Under the pieces are notes generated by a model. The model made no database searches. It had not been told where the DNA came from and worked only from the letters and a program-made list of their open reading frames with translations. A stretch of 64,000 nucleotides of DNA from Sedimenticola sp. GTDB taxonomy: Bacteria; Pseudomonadota; Gammaproteobacteria; Chromatiales; Chromatiaceae. Where the stretch lies: NCBI GenBank assembly GCA_040505895.1, contig JBEVXU010000001.1, forward strand, positions 124,834 through 188,833. The letters run 5' to 3'. Positions within the stretch are counted from its first letter, which is position 1, and every line of letters starts with the position of its first letter. Shown here piece by piece: positions 59,614 through 64,000 of this stretch. The position numbers were made by a program, and so were the translations under genes.

Positions 59614-60921
59614 TCAGAAAGCCCAAAGAGAAAGCTGCGGGATAAACGCAATCAACATAACGACTGTCAACAGGGCCAGCACATAGGGAACTGCCCGCAC
59701 CGCAATGGGCAGTATGGGTGTGCCTGTCAGGCTCGACACAACGAACAGGTTGAGGCCAAACGGTGGGGTAATAAAACCGGCACCCAGAGCGGTTACCATC
59801 ATGATGCAGAAGTGGATATCACTCATGCCGATTTCTTGTGCCAGAGGTAGCAACAGTGGTGACAGAATCACAATGTTGGGGGTGGTCTCCATGATACAAC
59901 CTGCAATAACAAGGATCGCAATCATCATCAGAATCAACACAGTGGGGTCATCGGACAACGAGGTCATATACTGGACAAAACCTTGGGGAATATCCAATGC
60001 CGCAAGGGTCTGAGCCAAAGGTAGTGAGACGGCAATAATAGGCAGAATCACACCGTTCACACGGGCAGAGCTTTCAAACATCTTGGGGAAATCCGATACC
60101 TTTATCGTTCCCTGGAAGAGTCCAATAATAATGGTACTGACCACAGCTACAGCTGCCGCTTCGGTCGGGGTAAAGATGCCGCTGTAGATGCCCCCAAGAA
60201 TAATAAAGGGCACCATTAATGCGAAACGCCCATCATAGATGGCTCGTAACCAGCGTTTGAAAGAGAAGCCCCGATCTGAGCGCTCGTATTTGTAAATACG
60301 ATTAACGACTACATTGGTCAGCATAATGGCCAGCATCACCATCAGTCCCGGTACCATTGCCGCGAGGAACAGAGTCGAAGCAGAAATCCCAAGGATCAGA
60401 CCGATAATAATATAGGCGATCGAGGGAGGAATCAGGATTCCGGTACAGGCCCCACCGGCCACCAACGCACAGGCATAGGGTCGGGGGTACCCTTGTTCAA
60501 CCAATCGATCGATGGTCATTCGCCCCACAGCAGCAGCACCGGCAGCATCCGAGCCAGAGATACAGGCAAAGAAGCCACAGCCCAGAACCGTAGCCGTACC
60601 AAACCCGGATTTAAAGCCACCCACAGTGGCCTCGGCCACATCAAGCAGTTTGTTGGCAAGGCCGGTTCTGGCCAACACATCACCAGTGAGGATAAACAGT
60701 GGAATGGCAATCAATGCAAAGGCATCGATGCCGTCAAAGAGCGCCTCTCCCATCAGGGCAGGAGGCAGTATCTCGGTAAAATAGAGAATTGACACCGTGC
60801 CCAAACCGAGTGATACCCAGATCGGCACCGCAAATACGATCATCACAAGAATAGAGATCAGCGGGATGTAGAATTCCCAGCCAAGATCGGTAGCCATCTG
60901 ATTTTGTAAAATGTCATACAT
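59614..60921 (-). CDS. TRAP transporter large permease (DctM family)
   Basis: 435 aa, polytopic, with typical DctM motifs. It follows DctQ. Confidence 0.9.
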   Translation of the reverse strand: MYDILQNQMATDLGWEFYIPLISILVMIVFAVPIWVSLGLGTVSILYFTEILPPALMGEALFDGIDAFALIAIPLFILTGDVLARTGLANKLLDVAEATVGGFKSGFGTATVLGCGFFACISGSDAAGAAAVGRMTIDRLVEQGYPRPYACALVAGGACTGILIPPSIAYIIIGLILGISASTLFLAAMVPGLMVMLAIMLTNVVVNRIYKYERSDRGFSFKRWLRAIYDGRFALMVPFIILGGIYSGIFTPTEAAAVAVVSTIIIGLFQGTIKVSDFPKMFESSARVNGVILPIIAVSLPLAQTLAALDIPQGFVQYMTSLSDDPTVLILMMIAILVIAGCIMETTPNIVILSPLLLPLAQEIGMSDIHFCIMMVTALGAGFITPPFGLNLFVVSSLTGTPILPIAVRAVPYVLALLTVVMLIAFIPQLSLWAF

Positions 60922-60929
60922 AGTAATAC

Positions 60930-61448
60930 CTATCCGTCTATCAGCTTGTCGCCTTCATATACCGGGCGGCCTTTGATCAGGTCATTCACATCTCGGTAGA
61001 TGGATTGAATCACTCTGAAAGTCAGCATAGAAAACCCTATGGGAACCGCAGCAAAAAACCAGGCCTGACTGATTTGCAGACCATGGGTGACCGAACCAAA
61101 TTTTATCGAGGTCAGCACCGGCTCAATGGATAGAAAAAGAACAATGACAGCAAGAACAAGCGTGGCAATATCGCCAAACAGATACACTGCGGCCTTGCCA
61201 CGTGCTGGTAGGTAGTGCAACAGAATATCGATACGGATCTGTGCGCGTCGCTTAACTGCGGCGGACGCTCCTATCCATGCAAGATAGATAAACGCGTATC
61301 GCGCAATCTCTTCCCCCCAGATGGAGGAGTAACTCAAGCCAAAACGACGAACCACCTCAACCGTAACCGTGGCAACGATGGTTGAATAGAAGATCAACAG
61401 CAGCCAGCGCTCACCCTCTTCGTCAATCTTTTTTAGAATATTTTTCAT
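60930..61448 (-). CDS. TRAP transporter small permease (DctQ family)
   Basis: The internal start MKNILKKIDEEGERWLL was chosen. Four TM segments. Confidence 0.85.
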   Translation of the reverse strand: MKNILKKIDEEGERWLLLIFYSTIVATVTVEVVRRFGLSYSSIWGEEIARYAFIYLAWIGASAAVKRRAQIRIDILLHYLPARGKAAVYLFGDIATLVLAVIVLFLSIEPVLTSIKFGSVTHGLQISQAWFFAAVPIGFSMLTFRVIQSIYRDVNDLIKGRPVYEGDKLIDG

Positions 61449-61509
61449 AGGGTCCACCTTATATGTAATGAAAAAGACCCTCCCTTGAGGTAGGGAGGGC
61501 AACAGTCAA

Positions 61510-62664
61510 TTACACATCGTGAACGTAGTACTTACCCTGGGTATTTGCCGCCTCCAGCAACTTATCAAAGGTAGCCATGGAACCGGCCAGCTCTTTCTTG
61601 AAGGAGTCCCATTGTGGCAGCTGATGACCACCCTTTGCGACCCACTGGGCCATCTCATCGGCATTAGGCGAATAGAACTGAATATCGTTCTTGGCCAGCT
61701 CAGCCATGGCATAACCTCTGGCTGCAGGTACCTTGGCAAGGTTCTGCTGGGAGGTGACCTCGGAGGCAAATTCAATAGCTTCACGAATATCCAACGGCAG
61801 GCTATTGAACCACTCCAGGTTACAGGAGTAGACCTGGGCATCGGGTACCGAACGGATAAAGGTGACTGAGGAGAGCACATCTTTAAAGCCAAATACATTC
61901 AGTGCCTCAACAGAGGGGTCCAGCGCATCAGCAACACCCTGCTTGATTGCAGATGGGGTCTCGCCCCATGCCACGGGAGTAGGATTGGCGCCCAGCAAAC
62001 GATAGAACTGCTGAAGGATCTTAGAACCGGGTACACGGAATTTGATGCCCTGCAACTGGTCCGGGGTCTTTATGGGTCCATCTATACCCTTGCGTAGGGC
62101 AACGACACGAGGATCGATACAAACGTACCAAAGTGGTTTGAAGCCCTTGGCCTCTACCTTGGGGTTCACCTCTTGTTTCCAAGCCTCGGAATTGACCAGG
62201 TTGATAAACTTTTGGTTTTCACCACACCAGTAAGGAACATTGATCAGATCAACCGTCGGCGCATAGGCTGCAAAGTTTGACAAAGAGTGCTGTGCCGCCT
62301 GAATGGTTCCAGCCTGTACTTTCTGTGCAAGCGCGCCACCAGCGCCAAGCTGACCAGCCGGAGCCAGTTTCACATAGACCTGGCCATTGGTCAGGTTCTG
62401 AATATTCTCTTTCAGATCCAGCTGCATGATAGGATAGCTGCGTGAAGCCCCAAGCCTATAGGCAGTGGCAATGATCATGGTGTATTTTGCTGCTTTCTTA
62501 CGCTCTTTCTCTTCGTTGGCGGTGGCGGCTACAGCCTCACCTGACATCAGGGTGCCGGCGCCTGCTGCTACAACTGCGGTGGTAAAACCAAATTTTCCTG
62601 ATAGTTCAAGAAAACGGCGGCGCTCTATAGATTCCGGATGTTCATCATTTCGATTACGTGCCAT
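61510..62664 (-). CDS. TRAP transporter solute-binding protein (DctP family) with a Tat signal
   Basis: Twin-arginine ERRRFLELSGKFGFTTAVVAAGAG followed by a DctP-type fold. Confidence 0.85.
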   Translation of the reverse strand: MARNRNDEHPESIERRRFLELSGKFGFTTAVVAAGAGTLMSGEAVAATANEEKERKKAAKYTMIIATAYRLGASRSYPIMQLDLKENIQNLTNGQVYVKLAPAGQLGAGGALAQKVQAGTIQAAQHSLSNFAAYAPTVDLINVPYWCGENQKFINLVNSEAWKQEVNPKVEAKGFKPLWYVCIDPRVVALRKGIDGPIKTPDQLQGIKFRVPGSKILQQFYRLLGANPTPVAWGETPSAIKQGVADALDPSVEALNVFGFKDVLSSVTFIRSVPDAQVYSCNLEWFNSLPLDIREAIEFASEVTSQQNLAKVPAARGYAMAELAKNDIQFYSPNADEMAQWVAKGGHQLPQWDSFKKELAGSMATFDKLLEAANTQGKYYVHDV

Positions 62665-62717
62665 TACTTAAATCCTCTCAATCTCTGGTAGTTTTTTAGT
62701 GTATGAGCCTTATCGCT

Positions 62718-62933
62718 TTAAGACCCCTTTAGCGCCTTTTCCTGCTGCAGGATGAAAATCACAAAGAAAATGGAAACAAGGAAAAGAAGCAGAAACTCCA
62801 TTACATCAGTGAGTTTGATCAGAGGCTCTATTCCAAGATAGATCGCCGCCTTTCCATAAAGGATGTTGGCGACAAACACCAAAAAGAGAACCAGAGAAAT
62901 TCGCCCTGCTATACGACCTATCATTTTTGCCAT
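62718..62933 (-). CDS. Small two-TM membrane protein (hypothetical), first gene of the TRAP operon
   Basis: 71-aa ORF with two clear hydrophobic helices. There is no other support. Confidence 0.4.
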   Translation of the reverse strand: MAKMIGRIAGRISLVLFLVFVANILYGKAAIYLGIEPLIKLTDVMEFLLLFLVSIFFVIFILQQEKALKGS

Positions 62934-62996
62934 GGACTCTTAACCCTCGTCTGCTGATTATAAAATCATCTCAATGATCTAATGACTAAGCAACTC

Positions 62997-63010
62997 TGTA
63001 AGCGCTTACA
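62997..63010. promoter_or_regulatory. Second copy of the TGTAAGCGCTTACA palindrome, a LacI-family-type operator
   Basis: It lies in the divergent region between the TRAP operon and the LacI-family gene, and has the same 14-bp core as the site at 59433-59446. Confidence 0.6.
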
Positions 63011-63155
63011 TTTAGGTTAGATTGATTAACAGGGCTTTGTCAACACATAAGTAGTTTTATTTAAGTAGTATTTACAATATAAGCATTATTATGCTTTAAT
63101 ATCATAATGATACAGGCGTATTAACCGATTATTTAATATACATACTTCACCGGCT

Positions 63156-64000
63156 ATGACAGAAAACAATACAGATAACGCTTACAAAAAAGCCACAAGA
63201 CAACGGAAATCCAATGGAAAGCCCGTCTCCTTGAGCGATGTAGCCAAACACGCAAACGTCTCCACAGCGACCGTCTCACGGGTCCTTAACAATCCCGAAA
63301 AGGTTGCAGAAAAAAAGCGGCTACAGATTGAGGCGGTCATTGATGAACTAGGCTATATACCGGATGGGGCGGCCCGCGCCCTCGCCTCTCGACATACAAA
63401 GACTATTGGCGCCGTTGTTCCCACCCTGGACAATGCAATTTTTGCAGCCGGAATACAGGCTCTCCAAAGTCAACTTAAGCGGCAGGACTACACCCTGATC
63501 ATTGCCAGCCATGAGTACGACATTACCGTAGAGCTACACGAAGTCAGGGCACTGTTGCGGCAAGGAGTGGAAGGATTGATGCTGGTTGGGTCAAGTCATA
63601 ACCCCCAACTCTACCAACTTCTGGAGGGGCAACAGGTCCCCTATGTTAATTGCTGGAGCTACAATCAGGACTCCCCCTACCCCTATATCGGATTTGATAA
63701 CCGCCTTGCCGCACAGAAAGTAGCCAACTATCTACTGGATTTGGGACATCGTGAATTTGCCGTGATAGCAGGCCATACCAAAAACAATGATCGTGCCGCC
63801 GACCGCCTCCAGGGCACCAGAGAAACCCTAGAAGCGCGTAGCGTGGCGTTACCCAGGGAGAAAATACTGGAGCGCTCATATTCGGTTAAGCAAGGGCGTG
63901 AAGCGATGCGAATTCTACTCCAGACCGATCCTCCACCAACCGCCGTTATCTGCGGTAATGATGTATTGGCACTGGGCGCGCTGACCGAGTGTCAAGCTGC
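63156..64000 (+). CDS. LacI-family transcriptional regulator. Partial, runs off the right edge.
   Basis: Not in the ORF track because there is no stop in the window. My translation is MTENNTDNAYKKATRQRKSNGKPVSLSDVAKHANVSTATVSRVLNNPEKVAEKKRLQIEAVIDELGYIPDGAARALAS..., followed by a periplasmic-binding-like core. Confidence 0.85.
   Translation, partial: MTENNTDNAYKKATRQRKSNGKPVSLSDVAKHANVSTATVSRVLNNPEKVAEKKRLQIEAVIDELGYIPDGAARALASRHTKTIGAVVPTLDNAIFAAGIQALQSQLKRQDYTLIIASHEYDITVELHEVRALLRQGVEGLMLVGSSHNPQLYQLLEGQQVPYVNCWSYNQDSPYPYIGFDNRLAAQKVANYLLDLGHREFAVIAGHTKNNDRAADRLQGTRETLEARSVALPREKILERSYSVKQGREAMRILLQTDPPPTAVICGNDVLALGALTECQA

Overview
This window looks like a chromosomal segment of a gammaproteobacterium. 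The species cannot be named from sequence alone. Gene order resembles the Pseudomonas pilG-gshB-ruvX / pilTU-yggS-proC region. The backbone has five parts. (1) The Pil-Chp twitching-motility chemosensory operon pilG-pilH-pilI-pilJ-chpA (minus strand, chpA runs off the left edge). (2) gshB, a TonB-family gene, yqgE, ruvX, the pilT/pilU ATPases, and yggS-proC-yggT-yggU. (3) A long plus-strand block: yrbG-kdsD-kdsC-lptC-lptA-lptB-rpoN-hpf-ptsN-hprK-rapZ-HPr-EI. (4) An SLC13 permease, an aminotransferase, arfB-efpL, and folM/folK/folB/plsY/adk. (5) tsaD next to rpsU-yqeY-dnaG-rpoD-tRNA(CAU). Directly downstream of the tRNA lies an AT-richer accessory island of about 7.4 kb (about 46.1-53.5 kb) with no integrase. 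It carries a displaced tRNA 3' half, an Abi_2 abortive-infection gene, MITE copies and some cysteine-rich secreted proteins. It also holds the most interesting object in the window: a tight four-gene operon (unknown 187-aa protein, QueC-like PP-loop ATPase, XRE-ImmA/IrrE fusion, PIN-like nuclease) with a pair of palindromic operators upstream. I could not assign this operon to any defence system I know. The right end (54.2-64 kb) is a catabolic cluster whose architecture fits dihydroxypropanesulfonate/sulfolactate degradation. It has a split UxaA/SuyAB-like lyase, a HisD-like dehydrogenase, two further dehydrogenases, a TRAP transporter, and a LacI regulator with two perfect palindromic operators. 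At least four families of TIR-bearing MITE-like repeats are scattered through intergenic regions, and two of them abut inferred GTG start codons. All calls come from reading the ORF translations and the DNA by eye. No database search was run.
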